From an uncultured Clostridia bacterium (GTDB taxonomy: Bacteria; Bacillota; Clostridia; Christensenellales; UBA1242), in the NCBI GenBank assembly GCA_947598785.1, contig CANQFL010000001.1:12563-76562 (forward strand): 64,000 bases of DNA, written 5' to 3'. The notes beneath the pieces were generated by a model. That model did not search any database, was not told where the DNA came from, and saw only the letters and a list, made by a program, of their open reading frames with translations. The position numbers and the translations under genes were made by a program. Below are positions 16,517 through 27,000 of the stretch, in pieces; the stretch's first letter is position 1; each line of letters starts with the position of its first letter.

Positions 16517-17287
16517 ATGATAAAAAGATTTTTAAATTTAGAAGAATATGACAATTTATTAAATTATTTAAGATTTGACGTAGAAAACTTAAATGAAAGA
16601 CTTAAAAGGGATATCACAAAAAATGTTCATGTTTTTTGTAGAATGAAAGAATATCAACTTATAAATGAAGGATTTATATCTGGAATAAGCGTAGATTTTG
16701 TAGCATATCTTATGACTCAATATCATGGCGTTATGATGACTTGTAAAGGTGGCGAAGATGGTGGTGAACATTGTGTCTTTGTTTATCCAAAAATAATCAA
16801 ATATTCAAAACCTCTATATAACAACAATAAAGAATTGGTTTATGATGAAAATGGCGAAGTTATTATGAGAAATTCTTTTAAAACAGAACTTTTTGTATGC
16901 GACCCAGAAGCTGATTTATTTAATATGTATAACGATGAAAAACAAGACAGAAAGTTTGATATACCTTTATCAGAATTTAAATTTGGAGATATTGAAAATC
17001 AACAATATTACATTTATACAAGTATGAATTCAGAAAACAGGAAGAATTCTATTTCTGATTATATACTTAATAAAGACAAGAATAGAAGGACATTTAAATT
17101 TGATGATTTATCAGGATTAAAGGTTTCTGAAGAAGATGTTTATAGTTTATCACCTAAAAATAAAGCTTACATTCAAATAAGGTATAATATTTCAGAAATG
17201 CATAACAGACAAGTTGAAGAAGCAGTTTGGGCAGCAGATAGAAAAGCAAATTATCAAGCTATTGCAAGTTTAGAGAATAAAATATGA
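16517..17287 (+). CDS. hypothetical protein (256 aa) inserted between pflB and pflA
   Basis: RBS TAGGAG upstream. Its TGA stop overlaps the pflA ATG (ATGA at 17284-17287). No family recognised. Confidence 0.55.
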   Translation: MIKRFLNLEEYDNLLNYLRFDVENLNERLKRDITKNVHVFCRMKEYQLINEGFISGISVDFVAYLMTQYHGVMMTCKGGEDGGEHCVFVYPKIIKYSKPLYNNNKELVYDENGEVIMRNSFKTELFVCDPEADLFNMYNDEKQDRKFDIPLSEFKFGDIENQQYYIYTSMNSENRKNSISDYILNKDKNRRTFKFDDLSGLKVSEEDVYSLSPKNKAYIQIRYNISEMHNRQVEEAVWAADRKANYQAIASLENKI

Positions 17288-17985
17288 TAGGAAATATTGA
17301 TAGTTTTGAAAGTATGGGGCTTGTAGATGGCCCAGGAGTAAGATTTGTTGTTTTTTTGCAGGGGTGTCCACTTAGGTGTGCATATTGTCATAACCCTGAA
17401 ATGTGGGATTTTAATAAAAAGAAAATTCAAATGACGCCAGAACAACTAGTTGATAAAATAAAAAATTACAAACCTTATTTTGGTGAAGAAGGAGGGGTAA
17501 CGATTTCAGGAGGAGAACCTCTTTCACAAGCTCCATTTGTTACAGAAGTCTTTAAATTATGTAAAGAAAATGGAATTCATACTTGTTTAGATACAAGTGG
17601 GTTTGGAGAAACAAGTGATGAACTTTTAGATTACACAGATTTAATTTTATTAGATGTAAAAGAACTTGATGAAAACAAATATAAAGATTTAGTAGGACAA
17701 AAAATAGATAGTTTTTATAAATTTGTTGATAAATGTCAGAAAAAACATAAAAAAATGTGGTTAAGACAAGTAATTGTTCCTAATTATAATGATAATCCTG
17801 AAAATATTAGAAAACTTCAAGAATTTGCAAATTCTTTAAAATACATAGAAAAAATTGAGCTATTGCCTTATCATAATATGGCGATAAAGAAATATAAACA
17901 ATTAGGAATCAAATATCGACTAGAAAATGTTCCTCCAATGGATAAAGAAAAGTGCAAAGAACTTGAAAAAATATTAAGAGGGTAA
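17284..17985 (+). CDS. pflA: pyruvate formate-lyase activating enzyme (radical SAM)
   Basis: 'GPGVRFVVFLQGCPLRCAYCHNPE' carries the CxxxCxxC radical-SAM cluster. 'GGVTISGGEPL'. Position next to pflB. Confidence 0.95.
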   Translation: MIGNIDSFESMGLVDGPGVRFVVFLQGCPLRCAYCHNPEMWDFNKKKIQMTPEQLVDKIKNYKPYFGEEGGVTISGGEPLSQAPFVTEVFKLCKENGIHTCLDTSGFGETSDELLDYTDLILLDVKELDENKYKDLVGQKIDSFYKFVDKCQKKHKKMWLRQVIVPNYNDNPENIRKLQEFANSLKYIEKIELLPYHNMAIKKYKQLGIKYRLENVPPMDKEKCKELEKILRG

Positions 17986-17998
17986 CACCTCTTTTTTT
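17976..17998 (+). terminator. Rho-independent terminator of the pfl operon
   Basis: AAGAGG (17976-17981), GTAACA loop, CCTCTT (17988-17993), running into a T7 tract. It overlaps the pflA stop codon. Confidence 0.6.
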
Positions 17999-18030
17999 AT
18001 AAAAAAATTAAATATGTCTAACATTTAATT

Positions 18031-18678
18031 ATGGATTGGATTTTGTTGGGAATTTGTCTGTTTTTTTCAATAAAAGGTTGGTTAAAAGGTTTTATATCAA
18101 CATTATTTTCAATCTGTGGTACATTTTTAATTATTTATTTATCATGGCAATTTAGTGATGTTGTTACAGAGTTTTTAAAAAAAATCTTTGATTTGGAAAG
18201 TTTTTTTACTGAAGTAATTGATTCAAAAATACTTGTGACTTTTTCAAATATTCAAGAATTACAAAGTTTTATACAAAATGAATTTGTTTTTGCGATTTTG
18301 TTAAAATTGGTTGGAAATATTAGTTTTGAAGGAAATTTAACTGCCGGAGAAATTTTATCTCCATCAATTTCAAATTTAGTATATAAAATAATATCATTTA
18401 TAATCCTATTCTTTTGCTTAATGATTATATTATATTTTGTTAAATTCATAATAAATAAGATTATAACATTTTGTCATTTTAGTTTTTTAAATAGGTCTTT
18501 GGGATTTTGTGTAGGGATTTTGCAAGGGTTATTGATATTTGGTGTAATTTTCTTTTTATTTTCTGTTCTGGCAAATTTTTTATTAAATGAAGAACTTTTA
18601 AATTTTATTAATAGTGGAGTTGTTTCTCAATTTGTATATAACAATATAATAATAAAAGGTATTGATTTTTTAATTTAA
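18031..18678 (+). CDS. cvpA: CvpA-family membrane protein
   Basis: N-terminus 'MDWILLGICLFFSIKGWLKGFISTLFSICG' is typical of the CvpA family. Four or five hydrophobic helices. No SD before the ATG. Confidence 0.6.
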   Translation: MDWILLGICLFFSIKGWLKGFISTLFSICGTFLIIYLSWQFSDVVTEFLKKIFDLESFFTEVIDSKILVTFSNIQELQSFIQNEFVFAILLKLVGNISFEGNLTAGEILSPSISNLVYKIISFIILFFCLMIILYFVKFIINKIITFCHFSFLNRSLGFCVGILQGLLIFGVIFFLFSVLANFLLNEELLNFINSGVVSQFVYNNIIIKGIDFLI

Positions 18679-18903
18679 ACAATACCTTTCAATTTCATTT
18701 ACATAAATTTTCAAGTTTTCAGCTTCTTCAGGAGGTGGATTGGGAAGTTCTTGTTCTTGTTGTTGTCTTTCTATCGTTTTGTTTTTTAAATCAATCATAA
18801 CGCAAATTTGAACAAGGATTCCAATAAAAAGAATAAAACATAATATCATGATTATGATTTGAATGTTATTAACTTTTTTTTTCTTTTCTTGTGATTCTTC
18901 CAA
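18670..18903 (-). CDS. small bitopic protein, possible DivIC/FtsB-like septation protein
   Basis: Positioned after yabP-yabQ, matching the B. subtilis yabP-yabQ-divIC order. One TM helix followed by a short Q/E-rich helix. Weak call; the start may lie further downstream. Confidence 0.35.
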   Translation of the reverse strand: MEESQEKKKKVNNIQIIIMILCFILFIGILVQICVMIDLKNKTIERQQQEQELPNPPPEEAENLKIYVNEIERYCLN

Positions 18904-19228
18904 TTTTTTTGTTCCTCATTTTATTGTAGCATTTTATAACAAAATTTGCAACAAAATTTTTTATGATAAAACGTTCCAAAGAGAAAGCTAAAGCAAAAGA
19001 TAATATAGAAAAGAATCTAAATTGTCCATAATTAAATTTCAAATTAAAATAAAAACACAAAAAAAGTGTCAAAAAAGTTGAAATAAAGGTCAAAAAATGA
19101 TAAAAAAACTTCTTTTTTTTGAAATTGCTTAAAATGATATCTCTTGCATCAAAGAGAAAGCCAGAAGCAAATCCAGAGATTGTCATATATAAAAATATAA
19201 TTGGCTGTGAAAGAGCCTCATATAGCAT
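18869..19228 (-). CDS. yabQ: YabQ-like membrane protein (spore cortex biosynthesis protein family)
   Basis: Multi-TM protein with 'NLKFNYGQFRFFSILSFALAFSLERF', resembling the YabQ 'N.GE.R.Y' motif. Its start overlaps the yabP stop (TAATG). Confidence 0.55.
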   Translation of the reverse strand: MLYEALSQPIIFLYMTISGFASGFLFDARDIILSNFKKKKFFYHFLTFISTFLTLFLCFYFNLKFNYGQFRFFSILSFALAFSLERFIIKNFVANFVIKCYNKMRNKKIGRITRKEKKS

Positions 19229-19476
19229 TACTTAAATATCCTTTTTATTATATTTGTTTTTTCATTCTTTTGTGTGTATTTGATAGATGATATTTTGCCA
19301 CTAAAAATCACCTCTTTGTTGTCCAAATCTAATTTTGTAACTTCTATTTCATTTCCTGATATTATTACATTGCAGTCTGAAACTTCAACTACGGCTTGAT
19401 TATTTGTGGAAGAAATTACTTTTGTAGCGCCTTTTAGCATTATTTTTTTTCTATCTTCAATGATGATTGACTCCAT
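19228..19476 (-). CDS. yabP: YabP-family protein
   Basis: 82 aa. 'IIIEDRKKIMLKGATKVISSTNNQAVVEVSDCNVIISGNEIEVTKLDLDNKEVIFSGKISSIKY' follows the YabP beta-rich repeat pattern. SD AAGGAGAG upstream on the minus strand. Confidence 0.7.
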   Translation of the reverse strand: MESIIIEDRKKIMLKGATKVISSTNNQAVVEVSDCNVIISGNEIEVTKLDLDNKEVIFSGKISSIKYTQKNEKTNIIKRIFK

Positions 19477-19492
19477 ATTCTCTCCTTTTTAC

Positions 19493-19521
19493 TTGCACTT
19501 ATAAACAAGATTTTGTATAAT
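19493..19521 (+). promoter_or_regulatory. promoter directly abutting the pseudouridine synthase ATG (putative leaderless transcript)
   Basis: TTGCAC (19493-19498), 17-nt spacer, TG-TATAAT (TATAAT at 19516-19521). ATG at 19527 is only 5 nt after the -10. No SD. Confidence 0.5.
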
Positions 19522-19526
19522 ATAAT

Positions 19527-20351
19527 ATGATAAAAAAAGAGTTTATAGTAGAAAAATCAAAAAAAATTCATTCAATATTACAAGATTTTGGATTTTCTTT
19601 TGCCGATGTAAATAAAATGTTAAGGAATAAAGATGTTAAGATTGATGACAAACCAGTTAAAGAAAACATTTTAGTTGACGTTGGTAGTAAGGTTACATTT
19701 TTTTATAGCAAAGATATGCTTGAGAAAAAATATGAAATAATTTATGAAGATGAAGATGTTTATCTAATTTATAAATATGCTGGCATTGAGGTTGAAGGGG
19801 AAAGAGGGCTAGAAAACTTATTAAAGAATGCGATTGCAGTTCATAGGTTAGATAGAAATACTGAAGGACTTATGTATTTTGCAAAGAATGAAAAATCTGC
19901 TACTTTGTTAAAAAATGCTATTAAAAATCATAAAATCCATAAATTTTATATTACAGAAGTTGTTGGAAAGTTCGATGTTGACAAAATATTTACTGCATAT
20001 CTTATCAAAAACAGTGATGAATCATTTGTTAAAATTTATTCTAAACCTATAAAAGGTGCAGTAAAAATTGAAACTAGAGTAAAAACTTTAAAATCAACCA
20101 CTGAAAGCAGTGTATTAGAAGTTGAACTTATAACAGGACGAACTCATCAAATTAGGGCTCATCTTGCATTTTTAGGTCACCCTATTATTGGCGATGGTAA
20201 GTATGGGAAAAATGAAATAAACAAAAAATTTCAACAAAACAAACAAAAATTAGCTTGTTTTTTAATAAAAAATGAATATATAGGAATAAAATCTATTGAT
20301 TTTAAAGAATTTATGAAAAAACCTAGGTGGATTGACAAAATTAATTTTTAA
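19527..20351 (+). CDS. RluA-family pseudouridine synthase with an N-terminal S4-like domain
   Basis: 'HRLDRNTEGLMYFAKN' (catalytic Asp motif) and 'GRTHQIRAHLAFLGHPIIGDGKYG'. Confidence 0.85.
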   Translation: MIKKEFIVEKSKKIHSILQDFGFSFADVNKMLRNKDVKIDDKPVKENILVDVGSKVTFFYSKDMLEKKYEIIYEDEDVYLIYKYAGIEVEGERGLENLLKNAIAVHRLDRNTEGLMYFAKNEKSATLLKNAIKNHKIHKFYITEVVGKFDVDKIFTAYLIKNSDESFVKIYSKPIKGAVKIETRVKTLKSTTESSVLEVELITGRTHQIRAHLAFLGHPIIGDGKYGKNEINKKFQQNKQKLACFLIKNEYIGIKSIDFKEFMKKPRWIDKINF

Positions 20352-20366
20352 AGCATATTGAAACAC

Positions 20367-20834
20367 ATGAAAGAAAAAATTTTCGAAACCAATTCATATT
20401 ACGAAGGTTTAATTCAAAACTTTTATGGTGGGGCAAAAGGTTGTTTTGTGTCTTTTATGCAATTCTTTTACCAATATAATCAAGCAAAATTTTTAAATGA
20501 AAATATTTGTGTATGTTTAAAAGATTTGTATGAAAGTGAACTTAAAAATTGTGAGATTTTAAGCAATATACTTTTAAAAATGGGTGGAGATAATAAATAT
20601 TACTCTTGTTCTAGAAAATTTTTGTCAGGTTATAATGTGGATTATATTAAAAACTTTTCACAAATTTTTCTCGCAGATATAGAAATGTTGGAAGTATCTA
20701 TTATAGATTTAAAAAATATTATTTATAAAATTGATAACATCTATATAAAAGATGAATTAAAACAAATTTTACAAAACAAGAAGCAAAGTCTAACAAAAAT
20801 TAAAGAAAATTATCTCAAAAACTCAAAAAAATAA
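20367..20834 (+). CDS. ferritin-like/CotJC-like four-helix protein with apparently non-conserved metal ligands (the listed start at 20358 is a TTG)
   Basis: The pattern 'FFYQYNQAKF...LKDLYESELKNCEILSNILLKMGGDNKYY...FLADIEMLEVSI...LKQILQNKKQSL' parallels the Mn-catalase/CotJC helices, but the E..H ligand pairs are absent. Low-confidence assignment. Confidence 0.3.
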   Translation: MKEKIFETNSYYEGLIQNFYGGAKGCFVSFMQFFYQYNQAKFLNENICVCLKDLYESELKNCEILSNILLKMGGDNKYYSCSRKFLSGYNVDYIKNFSQIFLADIEMLEVSIIDLKNIIYKIDNIYIKDELKQILQNKKQSLTKIKENYLKNSKK

Positions 20835-20855
20835 TAAAAAAACAAAAAATTAATT

Positions 20856-20908
20856 AATTTTTTAATTAAAAAACTAATTTTTTAATTATTTTTTATATTT
20901 TTTAATTT
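20856..20908. repeat. three copies of AATTTTTTAATTA phased at 20 bp within a ~256-bp, almost pure A/T intergenic region
   Basis: Exact copies at 20856-20868 and 20876-20888; an 11/13 copy at 20896-20908. Further T-tracts continue to ~20990. Confidence 0.7.
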
Positions 20909-20999
20909 TTTTTAAATTTAAGAAAATTATTTTAAATATTTTTTATTTACGTATTATTTTATTTAAAATAATATATTATTATTTTTCTTTGATTTTTAT

Positions 21000-21029
21000 T
21001 TGATAAATTTACTTGTTTAGTGTTAAAAT
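21000..21029 (+). promoter_or_regulatory. candidate promoter of the 3,860-aa gene
   Basis: TTGATA (21000-21005), 18-nt spacer, TGtTAAAAT (TAAAAT at 21024-21029). The inverted repeat AGTGTTA (21019-21025) / TAACACT (21046-21052) straddles the -10 and the early transcript. Confidence 0.4.
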
Positions 21030-21090
21030 ATTTATATCAAAATACTAACACTCTAGAATTTAACAAAAGATTATTCTTAAGGGGTTTGAT

Positions 21091-24000
21091 ATGAAAAAGT
21101 TTAACATTGCCATTTTGTCTATTTTGACAATTCTTCTGACCAGTATTCTTGTCGGTTGTGATTTCAAAGATGTAAAAGCGAGTTTTAAGGAAACTAAAAT
21201 TTCTTTTTCTTTAAACGAGCCTAAAAGTCTTGATTTAAAAAAATATTTGGAAGTTTCTGGTGCCGGTATTGATGAAATTTCTTTTGAGTTGGAAAATCCT
21301 GACCTTTTCTATCTTAAAGGTTCAGTCATAACACCTTTAGATTCAGGAAAATCAAAAGTTTATGCTACATATCAAAAAAATTGTCTTGCGACTATGGATT
21401 TAGTTGTTAAACAACCTTTAGCATCTCCTACAAATCTTAGAGTGGAAGAAAATGATGGGAAAACCTATCTAACTTGGAATAAGGTTTTTGTAAATGATAA
21501 AAATCAAGTTTTACCTGTCAATAGATATGAAATAAAGGGAGAAAGAGTAGTCTATTCTAAAGACAACATGGAAGATGTTGAAACTTCTGAAGAAATTTTG
21601 GAAGTATGTGAAGATGTTTTCTATGAACTTAAAGAAGGTTTATATAATCTGCAAGTTAAGGCTTTAGGATTTGATGATTTTGATGATAGTAATTATAGCG
21701 AAACAGGAATTTTGTATGCTGGTTATATGCCTGAACTTGGCTTATCTTCTCTTTCTTGGGTATCAAATGGAACTTTTTCATGGACAATTCCTTCAGATTT
21801 AGATGTAGAACCAGAAAATATAAGATATCAAGTAAGAGTTGATGGCGATTTAAGACAAATGATATCAGAAAATTCAATTAACTTAGCAGATTACTTTGAT
21901 AGGGAAGATGTGCTTGCTGGTGAACACACTCTTAGTGTTATTGTGTTTGATATTTCTAAAGACGAAAATCATAGATATCCTCGCGAAAGTCAATCGTTAA
22001 CTATTTACAAACTTGAAGCTCCAGAAGTTAGCGTAAAAGAAGGAAAACTTAATATTATAACAAATTCAAATGCTCAAGGATATAAAGTTTGTTACACATC
22101 TAATGGTCAAATTGAACAAAATGAGTTGGACTTTGAAAACGATGGTTCAGATGGTGAAATTTCTACTGATTTTTCTGGTATAGAACCAGGACTTTATGAT
22201 GTTAAAGTTGTAGCTTATAGTGAAGGACTTTTTTATCAAAATTATTTAGAGTTTGGTAAAATCTATAAATTACCTAAAGTATCCATTCAAGGAGCAGGAG
22301 AAAAAGACGATACTCATTTGAAATTATCTTTATCTAATGACAATTATATAGCTGAAACAAATTTCAATATTATAAAAACATTTGAAGGTTATAAAGAAGA
22401 GAACATTGTTGACGGTTTTTCAGATGGCAGAACAAATGTGGAAATTGATGTAGAACTTCCAAATGCTGGACAATATTCTTTGTCAGCTGAAGTTTTGCCT
22501 GCTGTTAATCAAGCTAATGTTGATGAAAATGAAGGTGTTTATTTAATAAAATCAGATGTTTGCGAAGAAGTTATAGCAACAAAACTTGCTGATTTTGAGA
22601 ATCGTTCTAATGAACAAAAAATAGAACATAAATATGTTGAAGGAAACTCTGTGTTAACCTTTTCAAATATAGATTCTGCAACAGATTATGAAATTTATTG
22701 TGATGATGAATTAGTAGTAAGTTTAACAAATGAGGAAGATACAGACATATCATATACTTTTTCAGGGCATATAGAGAATTGGAAACCTGAAAAAAGTGCA
22801 TTTTCATTCAAAGTTGTAGCAAAGAAAAAGATAGAGCATGAAGACGATTTGCTTTCTATAAGCTCATCAGCAACAAAAGAAATGACTGTTCTCCAAATGA
22901 CACAAGAAGAACCTTTGCCAAGAGAAAATGAAGTTTTTAATTGGGAAGTGGTAGAGAATGCAGATAAATATAAAATAGAAATTTATACGCTTACATCTTC
23001 TGAATATGATTTACCTTCTGCTGAAGGAACGTCTGCAAAAAATGATGAGGTTGTTGTAAATAGTTATGACTTTTCAGAACTTGGAGTTGGCTATTATTTA
23101 GTTAAAATTTTTGCACAAAAATATGATGAAAATTCAGATTTTTATCTTTCAGCAAATTCTCCATATCAAGAAAAATTTTACATTTCTAAACAGCTTACAT
23201 TTGGAGAAATTAAATTAGGCTATAATGCTGAATATGCAAATGATAGGGGAGCAAATGGATATTTTTTAAATATTCAAAAAGTTGAGAATGCTGATAAATA
23301 TATTTTAAGTTCAACATTTAATGAAGTTAAAACTGAATACAATTTTACAAATAGTGATATAGAAAATGGTAAATATAATCTTCAACATACTTTTGATAAA
23401 GCAGGAGATACAATTCTTTCTTTGAAAGCAATAAATTCTTCTGATAATAGACTTTATACCGACTCAGATGAATTCCAATTAACTATTCACAAATTTGACA
23501 CTATTAAATTTATACCAAATGATACAGAACATAGTGGAATTATATTTGATAAAAATACAGAAAGCTTATTTGTTAAACCTGTCGAAAACGCAAGCCAAAT
23601 TATTGCTACACTCACTGCAAATGAACAAGTATATTCTTCAGAAAGTGCAGGTAGTAATGGCGTAAATATTTTAGTCCCTAGAGATTTGGGTTGCATGAAT
23701 ATGCCATTAAAAATCACTCTTGTTGGTTCTTCAGAAGAAGAAATTGAAAGAGATAAGTTCTTTGTGCCTGATGATAGTGATGTGATTTATCTTGGTAGTG
23801 AAACAAATTATACTGTTAATCGTGTTACAGCTCCTACCGAATTTAAATATAAAGATGGCAAGTTGTCATTCACTAACACTGAAAAAGCAAATACTCAATT
23901 TTATATTTTAAATTTCACTGGTACAACATTAAATAATCAAATTGTAACAATTAGTGTTAGATTTGAATCTTTACATTTAAAAATATATGTTACTTATGAA

Positions 24001-27000
24001 GAAAGAGGAAATATTATAAGTGAACAGTTGATAGAAACAGAAACTACCGAAGATGAATTATCAAATAAATATTTCCCTACAGAACAAAACCAAGGCACAA
24101 ATGTTACTATTGATTATGAAGAATTAACCAAGCTTTTAAGAACAAAATATGAGGGTGTTTATACGCCATATTCTCAAATGAAAAATGTTTCTTTCAATGT
24201 CTTTGCTTATAAAGAACAAGTTGATGCAAATGTGATTACTCTTGCTTCTCCTAATGCAATCGTTTTTGGAAAAGACAACACAAAAGAACCTTTGACTGTT
24301 GAAAAAATGACTAAGAGTGTTCTTTCTTTTGAAAGTGGGTTAGATAGTGATGATTTGTTCATTAGTTTGAAATGGGATTATGTACAAGCTAGTAACGGAA
24401 ATAATGTTGATACAAAATATGTCATTCTTTGCAATGATGTGGAATATTCACAATTTAATTATGATATATTCTCACAAACCATAAATAAAACATATTTTAG
24501 TGAATATCAAAAAGAATATTCAATAAAAGTGATAGTTAAAAATCCTTATTATCTTGAATCAGAAGTATCAAATGAAATTAAAATATATATGCTTCGTGGA
24601 ATACAAAAAATAGGGCTAAATGATGGTGAATTGACTTATCAGATTTTATCAGGCGATGCTGGTAAGTATGAAAAAGTTGTTGTCAAGTATAACAATGAAT
24701 TAGAAGAAAATGAAAAAGTCACAATCAAAGGTGAAGGGCAATACACATTTGGGTTGAAAGGAAAGTATGATGAAGTGTCAGATATTTATTATATTTCTTC
24801 TCCTGAAACAACTTGGAACTTGAAAAACATTAGTTCTATTGCTCCTGAAAACACTAACATTGAAGTTTCAACTACTGAAATAAGTTGGAGTCCTCTTAAA
24901 GATGTTAATGGTCCAGTTGATTTTGATAATCTTGTTTATGAATTGATTTTTAAAGACAGTATAGGTGGTGGAATCATATACAAAAATAATGTAAATCCTA
25001 GACAAACTTTTGTTAACGTATTTACTACATTAGCAAATGAAATTGCTGGATTAAGAGAAGGTGATATTGAAGTTCAACTTGCTGCACATTTTGAAAATAA
25101 ATATTATTCCACAAGTGAAACTATATATTTTGCTGAAAAACAAGCTCTTTTAAATGGTAATGAATATTATAATTATTATATATATTTACAAGATAATGTG
25201 CCAGAAAAAGTAAATTCTAAAAAACTTATAAAACAAAAAACGCCTACTATTACTGCAATCGAAGCCAAACTTTCTGAACCAGAAAAATATTATGAAGTAC
25301 AAAATTCTGGAATTGTAATTTCTTTTGAAGGAAATTATGGCGAATCTGCTGTCTTTGATATTAGATTTAAAGATGATGAAGAAGTAAATAGAGTAACACT
25401 TCAAGGAGTTTTGGCAGAAGATGGCATATATACTTATAAATATGAAGAATTTGATGCAAGAGCTCTTGCTAGAATTACTGAAAACAAGAGTGGAATCATT
25501 ATTATTCAAGCTTTGTCTGATACTGCAGAGAAATTGCCATCTGCTACAGCTGAGCAAGAAATTTTAAGAGCAGGAAATCTAAAAGGACTTTCATTTGAAA
25601 ATGATGAGGGCAATTTGGAACAAACATTAAAAATCTTGCTTCCAGATTCAGGTCGTGTAAGTGGTGGAATTGTTCTTAAAATTGATTATAAATCTGATGC
25701 AAATAATGAAACAATTTACACATTAGTCACATCAAGAAGTGAAGATGTAGATTCTTGGAACTATGATATTCTTTATGAAGAAGAAAACTTCTTTGAAAAG
25801 AAAATGTCAAAAGGTGGCAGTCTTGCTGTTTCAGGATTCGTAAATTTCTTTGGTTTTAGTAAAGATGACGGAAATAAAATTTGTATCTTACCTTCTGCAT
25901 CAATTCCTCTTAGAGAAGAAAGATTTAATGTATTAAAAGCTGTTGAAGAAGCTCAAATTGACCAAACTCCTTCAAGTGGTTTCACAATCAAAAATGCTCA
26001 AGAAATAAATAGTGAAAATACTATTTATGTTGTTGAATATTTTGAACCTCAAAGTGATGGAAGCAGTATTGCATCTTCACAAAAATTATCTTCTGAAAAT
26101 AATTACAAATTTGAAATACCTAATTCTTGGGGAAATAATGCTGCTGGATATCCAGTAACTATTTATGCGATTGAAGATGGTTATATCCCTTCTGTTAAAC
26201 TCTCAATTAATGTTTCAGTAACTAGACTAAACAAGGTTGAAGGTGTTTCAGTTCAACGTGAAAAAAATGACTATACTTTCACTTGGACAAAAAATGATGA
26301 AAATACTGAAACCTATGCTGTAAATGTTTATAATGTTGAAAGTGATAGAAAACAACTACTTTTCAATAAAGAAGTTGGAAGCGAAACATCATTCAAATTG
26401 AGTGAGATAGTTGGACAAGATTATGAAGCTCTTTTGGCTTACATAAACGCTGGTGATTTTATTCAAAATGAAATAAATTTAAAATTTGGACTTGTAGCAA
26501 AAAGTTCTTCTTATAAAGATAGTTCTGAATTTTTGTTTGATTTAAAAATTCTTAAACAAGTTGTAACAGGCGAAAACTTGTTGGTTGATGAATATGGAAT
26601 AATTAACTTTAATACACCTGAAGATTATCCTGATTGTGATTATCTTTATAAGTATGAATATGTCGCTACAGAACCTGAAACAACTTTACCTGATTCAGAA
26701 TGGAGTAATCTTACAGGGAAAATTGACCCTACTGTTCAAGATAAAAGACTTGTAAGTTTTAGAATTCAAATTATAAATGTTGGTAAAATTAAAGAAAAAG
26801 AATTATTAAACTACGATGGAACTCCATTTGAAATTGTTTCTAAAACTTTTGTTTCAAATGCTTTCGTATATTCTTATAGTGCTAATTCTATTTCAATTGG
26901 CGCAAGCAATTCTTCTAGTATTGAATTTTTAATGAATGGAGTTGGCCCTTATACTATTCTTGCTGGACTTAGTAATGGTTTAAATGATGAACAGAGCAGT

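Noticed and set aside
20835-21090. CRISPR array or mobile-element terminal repeats in the A/T-only intergenic regions
   Set aside because: The repeats are 13-nt A/T motifs at 20-bp phase without unique spacers. No cas, transposase or integrase gene is present anywhere in the window, and no flanking direct repeats were seen.
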